Shown: in pieces, positions 50,245-58,786 of the stretch
Numbering within the stretch: position 1 is the first letter of the stretch
How the letters are laid out: each line of letters opens with the position of its first letter
Assembly: GCA_947629415.1 (NCBI GenBank)
Contig: CANRDP010000003.1
Location: 1 to 58,786, forward strand
DNA: 58,786 nt
Origin: an uncultured Bacilli bacterium
Lineage (GTDB): Bacteria; Bacillota_I; Bacilli_A; RFN20; CAG-449
Reading direction: 5' to 3'
Program-made: the position numbers and the translations under genes
The notes under the pieces: model-generated
Told to the model about the DNA's origin: nothing
The model's input: only the letters and a program-made list of their open reading frames with translations
The model's database searches: none

Positions 50245-51528
50245 ATGGCTATACTTGAACAAGCTTATGGTTATTTAAGCCGAATCATGAGTAAAGAGGA
50301 AACTTTCGTAACGATTATGAATCGTTCCATTCCCAATGCGGGTTTATCCTCAGAAGATACGACACTTCTTCGAGATGTATTGAAATCCGCGGTAAACAAG
50401 TATTATTTTTTACGATTTGAAGTTCGGAAAGGTGCCCAGGAAATCGAATTGGAATCCGAAGAAACCAATGTTTTGATTTTGGGTCTTGCCTTTATTCATT
50501 ATGTGAAAAATGTCGATTTTGATTTGGTGATGAAATTCTTTGAAGAAGAATATGGTTCTTTACCTTTACGAATTTCTTTAGATCAGATCAAACAAATTTA
50601 TTCAACTATTGGAGATCATCCTATGGATTTGCCAAGTCGTGTGGAGGAGGTAATTTCCAAAAAAGTATCGCTCAAATATTCTTATCCGGAGTGGATTGTC
50701 AAAATGATGTTTAAACATTTCGGCGTAAAGAATACTTTTCGCAGCGCGGCATCTTCTCGTCATGGTATGCCGATTGTAATTAATACAAATGATATGAAAT
50801 TAAAAAATGAAGAGTTGGATGAAACTTTATATAGCAAAACAAAATTTTCTTCAAGAGCATATAATTATCTCGGAAAAGAAAAAATTATTCAGCAATCTTT
50901 ATTTAAATCCAATAAAATTTTTGTGGAAGATGAAGCAGAACAAATGCTCATCAATCTATTAGATCCCCAGCAAGGAGAAAATCTCTTGTGCATTGATGAC
51001 AGCCGTGGAATTATGGCTCTAGATGCTTGTTTGCGGATGAATGATATGGGAAAAGTAAATGCGGCATGTAGTGATTTGATTGCTTTAGAAGCGGCGAAGA
51101 ATTTAACAAGACGTTTCGGAGTCAAATCGGTTGCACCTTTTGAATCCAATGCCAAATTACTGATTACTCATGTTGAGCCGAATACTATGGATAAGGTTCT
51201 AGTCGTTCCGAAATCTTCCGAGATCGGTTTAGTAAGAAAACATCCGGATGTATTATTGACTTTAAAACGCGGGGATTTAGATGGAATTATTGAAGAAGAA
51301 GTACAATATCTTGAGGAAGCAAAACAATTTGTTAAACCGGAGGGAATACTTTTATATTCTGTTTTCACTTTGAATAAAAAAGAATCCGAAAATATTATTC
51401 ATGAATTTTTGGAAAAGAATCAAAACTTTGAACTGATCGAAGAAAAACAAATTTTTCCCTTTGAAGGACCTACCGATGGTTTCTATTATGCAAAAATGAA
51501 AAAAACTGAAGAAAAAAATGAAAACTAA
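50245..51528 (+). CDS. rsmB: RsmB/Sun-like protein, catalytic motifs degenerate
   Basis: Position before rlmN-prpC-prkC; YSYPEWIV, RKHPD, LLYS.....E, DGFYYAK; both catalytic Cys absent. Confidence 0.75.
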   Translation: MAILEQAYGYLSRIMSKEETFVTIMNRSIPNAGLSSEDTTLLRDVLKSAVNKYYFLRFEVRKGAQEIELESEETNVLILGLAFIHYVKNVDFDLVMKFFEEEYGSLPLRISLDQIKQIYSTIGDHPMDLPSRVEEVISKKVSLKYSYPEWIVKMMFKHFGVKNTFRSAASSRHGMPIVINTNDMKLKNEELDETLYSKTKFSSRAYNYLGKEKIIQQSLFKSNKIFVEDEAEQMLINLLDPQQGENLLCIDDSRGIMALDACLRMNDMGKVNAACSDLIALEAAKNLTRRFGVKSVAPFESNAKLLITHVEPNTMDKVLVVPKSSEIGLVRKHPDVLLTLKRGDLDGIIEEEVQYLEEAKQFVKPEGILLYSVFTLNKKESENIIHEFLEKNQNFELIEEKQIFPFEGPTDGFYYAKMKKTEEKNEN

Positions 51529-52567
51529 CCTTTATGGCAAAACATTGATTCAACTGGAACAAGAGATGATACAAGAAGGACAAAAGTCCTATCGTGCCAA
51601 GCAACTTTTTACTTGGATTTATGAAAAAGAAGCAAAATCGTTTGATGAAATGACGGATGTTTCTCTTTCTTTTCGTCTTGTTTTGAAAGAAAAATATTGC
51701 CTTGAGAAACCGAAAATTTTTTTGGAACAAAATTCCAATGATGGTACGAAAAAACTTTTACTTGAAATGAGTGACGGGGCAAAAGTGGAAACGGTTTTAA
51801 TGCGATATAATTACGGAAATGTTGCTTGTGTTTCCAGTCAAGTCGGTTGTAACATGTCTTGTACGTTTTGTGCTTCCGGGCTTTTGAAAAAAGTACGTAA
51901 TTTAAAAATCGAAGAAATGGTCGGACAAATTCTTGTTTTAAATGATCTTTTAAAAGAAGAAGGAAAAGCGGAAAAAATCACACATGTGGTTGTGATGGGG
52001 ACCGGTGAACCATTTGATAATTATGAAAATGTGATTTCTTTTATCCGTATTATCAATGATCAGAAAGCATTGGCCATCGGAGCACGACATATCACGGTTT
52101 CTACCTGTGGTATTCCCGAAAAAATCCGACAATACGGAAAAGAAGGTTTGCAAGTTAATTTAGCTATTTCTTTACATGCCCCAAATGATGAACTCCGTTC
52201 CAAACTGATGCCCATCAATCGTGCTTATCCTTTAAAAGAGTTGATTGCCGCGGTAAAAGATTATATTCAAAATTCCGGTCGTCGGGTGACATATGAATAC
52301 ATTTTATTGAAAAATGTAAATGATTCGATGCAAGATGCGGATGAATTGACAAAACTTATTGCTCCTACCTTTGCCTATGTCAATTTGATTCCTTATAATG
52401 AAGTAAAAGAAAATTCTTTTAAAAGAGCAGAGGATAAAAGTGTAAAGGCATTTATGGATCGATTGGTGAAAAACGGAGTAAATGTAACGATTCGCAAAGA
52501 ATTCGGCAGTGATATTGATGCCGCGTGCGGTCAATTGAGAGCAAAAAGTGAAGGAATATGCAAATGA
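51518..52567 (+). CDS. rlmN: 23S rRNA/tRNA m2A radical SAM methyltransferase
   Basis: SSQVGCNMSCTFC, MGTGEP, SLHA, IDAACGQL. Confidence 0.97.
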   Translation: MKTNLYGKTLIQLEQEMIQEGQKSYRAKQLFTWIYEKEAKSFDEMTDVSLSFRLVLKEKYCLEKPKIFLEQNSNDGTKKLLLEMSDGAKVETVLMRYNYGNVACVSSQVGCNMSCTFCASGLLKKVRNLKIEEMVGQILVLNDLLKEEGKAEKITHVVVMGTGEPFDNYENVISFIRIINDQKALAIGARHITVSTCGIPEKIRQYGKEGLQVNLAISLHAPNDELRSKLMPINRAYPLKELIAAVKDYIQNSGRRVTYEYILLKNVNDSMQDADELTKLIAPTFAYVNLIPYNEVKENSFKRAEDKSVKAFMDRLVKNGVNVTIRKEFGSDIDAACGQLRAKSEGICK

Positions 52568-53307
52568 AAGCATGGCAATTTTATTATAAGACCGATATTG
52601 GAAGAATAAGAAAAATCAATGAAGATAATGCTTATGCTTGCCAAAATAATGCCGGAGATATTTTGCTTCTTTTATTGGATGGGATGGGTGGCCATCAAAA
52701 AGGTGATGTTGCCAGTAAATTGGCTTTGGATTTTATTAAACAAGAGTTTTTGAAACGGAATAATCCGTTTACCAACAATTTTTTAATGAAACATTGGTTC
52801 ATCACTACCATACGAAATGCCAATAATCATGTGAATAAAATTGCTTCCAAACAGGAAAATATGCATGGAATGGGAACAACATGCGTCGGTGTATTGATCA
52901 GTAACGATAAAACACTTTTTGTAAATGTCGGCGATTCCAGAGGTTATGTTTATGTAAATAAAAAATTGACACAAGTAACCGAAGATGAAACCTACGCAAA
53001 TTTTTTATATCGATCTGGAAAAATAAAAAAAGAAGATGTGGAAACACATGCTAAACGAAATATTTTGACAAATGCTTTGGGAGTTTATCCGACACTTTCG
53101 GTAACACCGACATTTTGGAAAGATCCTTATGAGCGTATCTTACTTTGTTCGGACGGATTATATACTATGGTAAAAAAAGAAGAGATGGAAGAAATCTTAA
53201 AAAAATCCGCGCCTTTGGCAATTCTTGCACAAGAATTGATTGATATGGCAAATAAAAACGGTGGGAAAGATAATATCGGTGTATTGATATGTGAGGTGGA
53301 AAAATGA
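52558..53307 (+). CDS. prpC: PP2C Ser/Thr phosphatase (Stp1/PrpC)
   Basis: NED, DGMGGH, MGTT, NVGDSR, CSDGL, GG.DN. Confidence 0.93.
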   Translation: MQMKAWQFYYKTDIGRIRKINEDNAYACQNNAGDILLLLLDGMGGHQKGDVASKLALDFIKQEFLKRNNPFTNNFLMKHWFITTIRNANNHVNKIASKQENMHGMGTTCVGVLISNDKTLFVNVGDSRGYVYVNKKLTQVTEDETYANFLYRSGKIKKEDVETHAKRNILTNALGVYPTLSVTPTFWKDPYERILLCSDGLYTMVKKEEMEEILKKSAPLAILAQELIDMANKNGGKDNIGVLICEVEK

Positions 53308-54194
53308 GTAATGAAATTCAAACTGGCGATATTCTGGATGAACGTTATCGTATCAATAAGTTAATCGGTGAAGGAGGTATGGCTCTTGTCTACGAAGCTT
53401 ACGATATGATTACCAAAAAGAATGTGGCAATTAAAATTATTCGGGAAGAAACGATGAAAAATCCTTTGAATTTGACTCGTTTTGAACGTGAGGCCCGTGC
53501 TGCGGCAAGTTTATCAAGTCCGAATATTGTTCGAGTTATTAATCTTGGAACGCATAAAGGAAGACCTTATATGGTAAACGAATTGGTTTCCGGTGAAACT
53601 TTAAGAGAACGAATTACCAAAATGGGAAAAATCGGCTTTTTGGAAGCGGTGGAATATATGTATTGGCTTACTTCTGCGGTGATGGATGCACATCGACATA
53701 GCGTGATTCATCGGGATATTAAACCTCAGAATGTTTTCATTACACCCGATGGTACGGTGAAATTGGGAGATTTTGGAATTGCTACTTTCCAAAACCCGAG
53801 TGCACGTCTTACTCGTTCCGAAGTGGTTGTGGGTTCGGTACATTATTTGGCTCCGGAAATTTATAAAGGAGGACAAGCCACACCGCAATCGGATATTTAT
53901 GCTTTGGGAGTCACTTTTTTTGAAATGATTACCGGTCGCGTTCCTTTTGACGATGAGAATGCTTATTCGGTTGCGTGGAAACATGCAAATGATAAATTTC
54001 CGTCTGCTAAAAAATTCAATTCCAAGACTCCGACAATAATCGATAAAATCATTCAAAAGGCTTGTGCCAGAGATTTATCCAAGCGCTATGCGACTGCTTT
54101 TGATATGCGAAAAGATTTGGATCGAATTCGTCAGGAACCCATCTTAATTAAGAAAAGATCTTTTTTTGAGCGACTTTTCTCCAGGAATCGATAA
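53304..54194 (+). CDS. prkC: Hanks-type Ser/Thr kinase (PrkC orthologue, kinase domain only)
   Basis: GEGGMA.V, VAIK, HRDIKPQN, DFG, GSVHYLAPE; between prpC and rsgA. Confidence 0.88.
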   Translation: MSNEIQTGDILDERYRINKLIGEGGMALVYEAYDMITKKNVAIKIIREETMKNPLNLTRFEREARAAASLSSPNIVRVINLGTHKGRPYMVNELVSGETLRERITKMGKIGFLEAVEYMYWLTSAVMDAHRHSVIHRDIKPQNVFITPDGTVKLGDFGIATFQNPSARLTRSEVVVGSVHYLAPEIYKGGQATPQSDIYALGVTFFEMITGRVPFDDENAYSVAWKHANDKFPSAKKFNSKTPTIIDKIIQKACARDLSKRYATAFDMRKDLDRIRQEPILIKKRSFFERLFSRNR

Positions 54195-55058
54195 ATGATT
54201 GTTGAAGGCAAAGTTCTTTCTTTTACCGGCGGATTGCTCGGTGTATATTATCAGAAACAAATTTATTTTTGTGTTCCCAAAGGTATTTTTCGATCAAAAA
54301 AATTAAAACCTTGTGTCGGGGATTTTGTAAAATTCGATCCCGAGAAAAAAATTATTATGGAAATCTTACCAAGAAAAAACGAATTTCAGCGTCCTCTTAT
54401 CAGTAATTTGGATCATGCTTTCGTGGTTCAATCGTTGAAAAATCCTTCTTTTTCCCGAGAATTATTGAATATTTTTCTATCCTTTTTAAACGGATATTCG
54501 GTAAAAACTTCCATTATTTTTACCAAAACGGATTTGGTGGAAGGAGAATACACTTCGTTAAAAGAAGGGTATGAAAATATGGGATATGATGTCTATTTCT
54601 TTTCCGATAGAAATGGTAAAGGAAAAGAAGAAATTTTTAAAACCTTGCACGGCACCATTGCTTTTCTTGGCCAAACCGGTGCGGGTAAATCGTCCTTGAT
54701 AAATGCTTTGCTTCCCAATGCTTCGCAACGAATCGGTGAAGTTTCCAAAGCTTTGGGACGAGGAAAGCATACCACGACTTCCAGTGTACTTATTCCTTTC
54801 CAAGATATGTTTCTATGTGATACTCCGGGATTTTCCAGTGTGGAATTGAATTGTTTTAAAGAAGATTTGGCACACACCTATCCGGGTTATGCACCTTATG
54901 CATCACAATGTTATTTTCACGATTGTTTGCATTTATCCGAGAAAGGATGCAAAATTCATGAAGCACTTCAAAGTGGCATACTTTTAAAAGAAGATTATGA
55001 AATTTATCAAAAATTATTGGTAAGTCTTCCTTATAGAAAGGATCGGTATACGAAATGA
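54195..55058 (+). CDS. rsgA: ribosome small subunit-dependent GTPase A
   Basis: TK.DL, GQTGAGKSS, RGKHTT, DTPG, C.F.DC.H..E.GC. Confidence 0.95.
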   Translation: MIVEGKVLSFTGGLLGVYYQKQIYFCVPKGIFRSKKLKPCVGDFVKFDPEKKIIMEILPRKNEFQRPLISNLDHAFVVQSLKNPSFSRELLNIFLSFLNGYSVKTSIIFTKTDLVEGEYTSLKEGYENMGYDVYFFSDRNGKGKEEIFKTLHGTIAFLGQTGAGKSSLINALLPNASQRIGEVSKALGRGKHTTTSSVLIPFQDMFLCDTPGFSSVELNCFKEDLAHTYPGYAPYASQCYFHDCLHLSEKGCKIHEALQSGILLKEDYEIYQKLLVSLPYRKDRYTK

Positions 55059-55708
55059 TTAAAATAGCACCTTCATTACTTTCCTGTGATTTACTTCATA
55101 TTGGTGAGGAATTAAAAAAAATGGAACAAAGTGGCGCAGATTATGTTCATATTGACTGTTTTGACGGTCATTTTGCACCGAATATTGCTTTTGGACCTGA
55201 TTTTGTCAAAGCGATAAAAAAGGGAACTTCACTTCCTTTGGATGTTCATTTAATGTTAGAGAATCCCTTGCGTTTTGTATCTTCTTTTCTTGATGCCGGG
55301 AGTGATTTTTTAACTTTTCATCAAGAAGTCATTTCTCAACAGGAATTTGCAAGTCTTTCCGCGAAACTTCATTCGCGGAAGGTGAAAACCGGATTGTCTT
55401 TAATGCCTATTACTCCGATAGAAAAAATAAAACCTTATTTAAAAAATTGCGATCTTGTTTTGGTTATGTCGGTAATGCCCGGATTTTCGGGACAAAAATT
55501 TCAGGAAAATGCTTTGCAAAGGATAGCGGATCTGAAAAAAGAAAGAGAAGAAATGCATGCTTCTTTTCTTATTGAAGTCGATGGTGGGGTAAACGATACA
55601 AATGCTTTTTCTCTGATAGAGAGCGGTGCGGATATTTTGGTATCCGGGAGCTATCTTTTTGAAGGAAATATGAAAGATAAAATAGAAAGAGTGAAACGAT
55701 ATGAGTAA
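55055..55708 (+). CDS. rpe: ribulose-phosphate 3-epimerase
   Basis: IAPSLLS, HID..DGHF, DVHLM, MSV.PGF.GQ, VDGG. Confidence 0.96.
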   Translation: MIKIAPSLLSCDLLHIGEELKKMEQSGADYVHIDCFDGHFAPNIAFGPDFVKAIKKGTSLPLDVHLMLENPLRFVSSFLDAGSDFLTFHQEVISQQEFASLSAKLHSRKVKTGLSLMPITPIEKIKPYLKNCDLVLVMSVMPGFSGQKFQENALQRIADLKKEREEMHASFLIEVDGGVNDTNAFSLIESGADILVSGSYLFEGNMKDKIERVKRYE

Positions 55709-56327
55709 AGTAATTCTTGTGACGGGTTCTGCGGATGAAAACCTTGTTTCTTCCTATGCTTCTTTTCCTATGATTGGTGTGGAAAAGGGGAATGAAATTC
55801 TTTTGAAACAAAATTTAAAACCTTTCTATGCTTTGGGAGATTTTGATTCGTATAATCGTGAAAATATTGCCAAAATATTACCATCGGAAAAAATCATTAC
55901 TTTAAAGCAGGAAAAAGATGAATCGGATACCGAGGCTGCATTGAAGTTTGCCATCAATCATTTGGGTGCAAGCGAAATCGTGATCTTGGCATCTTTATAC
56001 GGACGTTACGATCATAGTCATGCTTTATTGTTGCTCTTAAGAAAATATCGAAAAATACATCTTCAAATTGAAGATGCTCATAATCGGATATTATATTTTG
56101 AAAAAGGAAATCATATTATATCTCAAGAAGAATATCCATATATCGGATTATTCGGATTTCCGAATGCTGTCGTGACGATGGAAAATACCAAATATCCAGT
56201 GAAAAAAATGAAATTGTCTTTCTGTGAAGTCAAAGCGATTTCCAATGTCATTCAGTCCAGAGTATCGCTATTTACGGTCCATAAGGGAAGTGTTTTGGTC
56301 GTTTTATCTCGGGATAAAGGAGTATAG
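55701..56327 (+). CDS. thiN: thiamine pyrophosphokinase
   Basis: GDFDS, EKDESD, GRYDH, ISN; follows rpe. Confidence 0.9.
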   Translation: MSKVILVTGSADENLVSSYASFPMIGVEKGNEILLKQNLKPFYALGDFDSYNRENIAKILPSEKIITLKQEKDESDTEAALKFAINHLGASEIVILASLYGRYDHSHALLLLLRKYRKIHLQIEDAHNRILYFEKGNHIISQEEYPYIGLFGFPNAVVTMENTKYPVKKMKLSFCEVKAISNVIQSRVSLFTVHKGSVLVVLSRDKGV

Positions 56328-56328
56328 A

Positions 56329-56994
56329 ATGCGTTTTTTCATCGCGTATCTCGTCTTTTTTGTATTATTTCTTTTGATTCTTGTCATAGGATTTAAAACA
56401 TATCATTTTTATAAAAAAGAAAAGTATTCCTTTTTGAAATTTTTTCCCAGTGAATTGGAAATCGAAGAAACGTTTCCTTATTGGCGAATTACTTTAGCGC
56501 TTTTTTCCTGTGCCGGTTTGTTTTTTCATGCGGATTTTTTCTTATTGGAGCCATCCATTCATGTACCGGTGACTTTTTCATATATTCTCGGAATTTTATT
56601 TATGATAAGTGATCTTCTTCTTTTTCCTTTGATGATTTTAAAACCGGCAAGTTCTTTGAAAAAACATATTGTGATTGCATCTTTTTTTCTTGCGGTGCAA
56701 TGCTTGAGTAATTTATCCGGTGTTTTTTATATTTTAAGAAGCGATACTTCCTTCGTTTTGGGTATTGTCCTTTTTTCTTTCGTATTTTTTGCGGAACTCA
56801 TCAGTCTTTTTCTAAAAGATTTGCTTTCTTGGTCTGCAATGAAAAAAGTAGAAACCGAAGACGGAAAAATAAATTATGTGCGTGGAAAATGGAATGCACT
56901 GGCTTTAAGAGAATGGCTCTTTTTCTTTGCGCTTTTTCTTACCAATTTCCTTTTCTTGCTTTTTCGTTTCGTCAGTGAATGGAGTGGAAATTAA
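56329..56994 (+). CDS. hypothetical multi-pass membrane protein
   Basis: About 6 hydrophobic helices; ATG 56329 behind AAGGAG. Confidence 0.65.
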   Translation: MRFFIAYLVFFVLFLLILVIGFKTYHFYKKEKYSFLKFFPSELEIEETFPYWRITLALFSCAGLFFHADFFLLEPSIHVPVTFSYILGILFMISDLLLFPLMILKPASSLKKHIVIASFFLAVQCLSNLSGVFYILRSDTSFVLGIVLFSFVFFAELISLFLKDLLSWSAMKKVETEDGKINYVRGKWNALALREWLFFFALFLTNFLFLLFRFVSEWSGN

Positions 56995-57002
56995 AATAAA
57001 AA

Positions 57003-57018
57003 AAGGACTTCCGTCCTT
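57003..57018. terminator. bidirectional terminator
   Basis: AAGGAC-ttcc-GTCCTT flanked by A and T runs between convergent genes. Confidence 0.6.
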
Positions 57019-57028
57019 ATTTTTCTTT

Positions 57029-57226
57029 TTAATTTGCGGCTTTTTCCGCTTTTCGTAATGTTTTGATCGCCCGCGCCGATAATTTAAGTCTTACATCGCG
57101 ACCGTCAATATTTACTTTGACCGATTGGAGATTAACATTCCACTTACGACGTGTGGCAATAAGAGAATGGGATCTTTTATTTCCACTTAATGGATGTTTT
57201 CCTGTTAATGGACAAACTCTGGACAT
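57029..57226 (-). CDS. rpmB: 50S ribosomal protein L28
   Basis: MSRVCPLTGK...GNKRSHS...TRRKW.VNLQ; start 57226 behind AAGGAGG. Confidence 0.96.
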   Translation of the reverse strand: MSRVCPLTGKHPLSGNKRSHSLIATRRKWNVNLQSVKVNIDGRDVRLKLSARAIKTLRKAEKAAN

Positions 57227-57261
57227 CTTCCTACCTCCTTCATGGCATTTCGTACCTAAAT

Positions 57262-57290
57262 AATATAGCATGGAAAAAAAGGGATTGCAA
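57262..57290 (-). promoter_or_regulatory. sigma-A promoter of rpmB
   Basis: TTGCAA-17 bp-TATATT with extended TG on the minus strand. Confidence 0.55.
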
Positions 57291-57417
57291 ATCTTTTTTT
57301 ATCACATTTCTACCGAAAGGGTAAAGCAGAAAGAAAAGCGGATTTTCTTTTCTTTTTAAATAGGAAAGAAACAAAAAAGATTTTATTCGGTGAAAAAGGA
57401 AGATATAAGGTGATTTC

Positions 57418-57447
57418 TTGACACTTTCAAAAGCAAAAGATTATAAT
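57418..57447 (+). promoter_or_regulatory. consensus sigma-A promoter
   Basis: TTGACA-18 bp-TATAAT upstream of ORF 57506. Confidence 0.7.
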
Positions 57448-57505
57448 TGATACATAATTTCCGAAGGAAAAAAATAAATAAAATAAAGAATGGAGGTCAA
57501 CACTT

Positions 57506-58675
57506 ATGGCACAACACGTTCAAAAAAAGAAGCAAAGTGTCAATTTATCCGTTGCGATTACTTCAACGATTTTTTCATTGATACCTGTCATTATTCTTCT
57601 TATCATCGGGACATCTACTTTCGAAACTCCTTATGGCATTTATGCTCTCAGTACTTTCGGTATGGTAGTTTATTTTTCTTTTCTTTTTGCTATGCTCGCT
57701 TGGAGAAATAAAATCCTGTATCTTATTTGGGATGGCATCAATATTGCGGCAGCTCTTGGATTTATCCTTTATTCTTATATAAATTCTTCGTATCAGGAAG
57801 GATTATTATTGCATCTTTCTGCTGCTTTCTTTTTGATTTTATCTTTCTATCAAATGGCGGATGCGGATCAAAAGGATAGTTATTATGCTCTTTATCTTGT
57901 TCCTTTGCTTTTTGATATTGCCGGTCTTATTTTTGTCTTATGGTTTATTAATGTTCATATGAATGTCGTTGTCCATATTGTTTTGGTAACGATTTTCAAT
58001 ATATTTAATCTTGCTGTTTTCTTCCTTCCGGCGCTAGTAAAACTCTTTTCAAATCGAAAAGAGTATTTTTCCGGATTAAGTAATAAATGTGTAGAATATG
58101 ATGAAGAAAGCGAAGAAGAGAAAAAAGAACGGAAAGAAGTTCAAAAATATTTGAAAAACGAAAAGAACAAACAAAAAAATACGGTGACAAATAATTCTTC
58201 TGTTTTTGTGGATAGTGGCACAAGATGGAGAGTGGCTCCGATTATGATTCGCGTATGGCGACATGAAATTCTGGAAAAATTCAATAAGGTAATTGATCAT
58301 GTCAACCTTGAAATCAAATCAAATAATTTCGAAATTGATCATCCATCGAATAAGGAATATTATGATAATGCTGTTAAATCCAATAAACAATTGGAAAAAG
58401 GATGTAAATATTTAAGAAAACATTATGCCATTATGAAGAAAAATATTGATGCATTGGAAAAGAAAGTTTTTACTGCAGAGGATTGTTATAAGAAGTATAC
58501 ATATAGTATTCTTGACGGAAAATGGAAAGTAAAATCATCGGACGAAAAATTACCGCATTTGGATTTGCTATATGCCGAAGTATATTTTACCACGATTACG
58601 CAATATGGCGGGAAAAATAAATATGTATTTCATTTTGATGGTGAAAATAATGTTTCTTTACCGGAAATAAAATAA
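57506..58675 (+). CDS. hypothetical protein, N-terminal multi-TM domain plus charged soluble C-domain
   Basis: GGAGG RBS, about 6 TM helices, then E/K-rich linker. Confidence 0.65.
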   Translation: MAQHVQKKKQSVNLSVAITSTIFSLIPVIILLIIGTSTFETPYGIYALSTFGMVVYFSFLFAMLAWRNKILYLIWDGINIAAALGFILYSYINSSYQEGLLLHLSAAFFLILSFYQMADADQKDSYYALYLVPLLFDIAGLIFVLWFINVHMNVVVHIVLVTIFNIFNLAVFFLPALVKLFSNRKEYFSGLSNKCVEYDEESEEEKKERKEVQKYLKNEKNKQKNTVTNNSSVFVDSGTRWRVAPIMIRVWRHEILEKFNKVIDHVNLEIKSNNFEIDHPSNKEYYDNAVKSNKQLEKGCKYLRKHYAIMKKNIDALEKKVFTAEDCYKKYTYSILDGKWKVKSSDEKLPHLDLLYAEVYFTTITQYGGKNKYVFHFDGENNVSLPEIK

Positions 58676-58684
58676 AGAAATCTT

Positions 58685-58710
58685 CTGAGTTGTTATACTC
58701 AGATTTTTTC
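58685..58710 (+). terminator. rho-independent terminator
   Basis: TCTGAGT-tgttat-ACTCAGA plus T run. Confidence 0.65.
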
Positions 58711-58786
58711 TTTAACTAGGAAATTGTATTTTAATGAAAAAGACAAAAAAAGAACTCAAAGATGAGTTGAAAAAATAAAAAAAATT

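Noticed and set aside
57300-57410. Possible structured RNA between rpmB and ORF 57506
   Set aside because: Only weak A/T-rich pairing (AGAAAGAAAA/TTTTCTTT); no riboswitch or leader consensus recognised.
1-58786. CRISPR array, tRNA or rRNA genes, prophage
   Set aside because: No regularly spaced direct repeats, no cloverleaf or rRNA-like stretch in the short intergenic regions, and no phage structural or integrase genes seen.

Overview
AT-rich, gene-dense chromosomal segment of a low-GC Firmicute, probably a reduced-genome, spore-forming Bacilli gut lineage (inferred from gene content only). It uses genetic code 11. Most of the window is housekeeping: pepV, trmB, pncB, PPi-PFK, murC, ackA, glgB/glgP, ttcA/tcdA/rsmF, pdp, and the rsmB-rlmN-prpC-prkC-rsgA-rpe-thiN-rpmB block. 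There is a sporulation cluster (dacF ... spoIIAA-spoIIAB-sigF-spoVAC/D/E/F, with Spo0A boxes) and a TPP riboswitch-thiT unit. The main accessory element is a 10.3-kb defence island (38312-48630) bounded by 72-bp inverted repeats (71/72 identical). It carries an Mza-like operon (GHKL/MORC ATPase, Z1 helicase, DUF4420 nuclease, AIPR), an M.SssI-like C5 methyltransferase, a decayed ISAs1 transposase and an AAA_14/DUF4143 pseudogene. Other oddities: an orphan double-glycine-leader peptide coupled to radC, an RsmB lacking both catalytic cysteines, a PrkC kinase without TM/PASTA domains, and a surface C1 protease with 150-aa repeats inserted between dacF and spoIIA. No tRNA, rRNA or CRISPR array was seen. 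All family calls are from motif recognition by eye; no searches were run.
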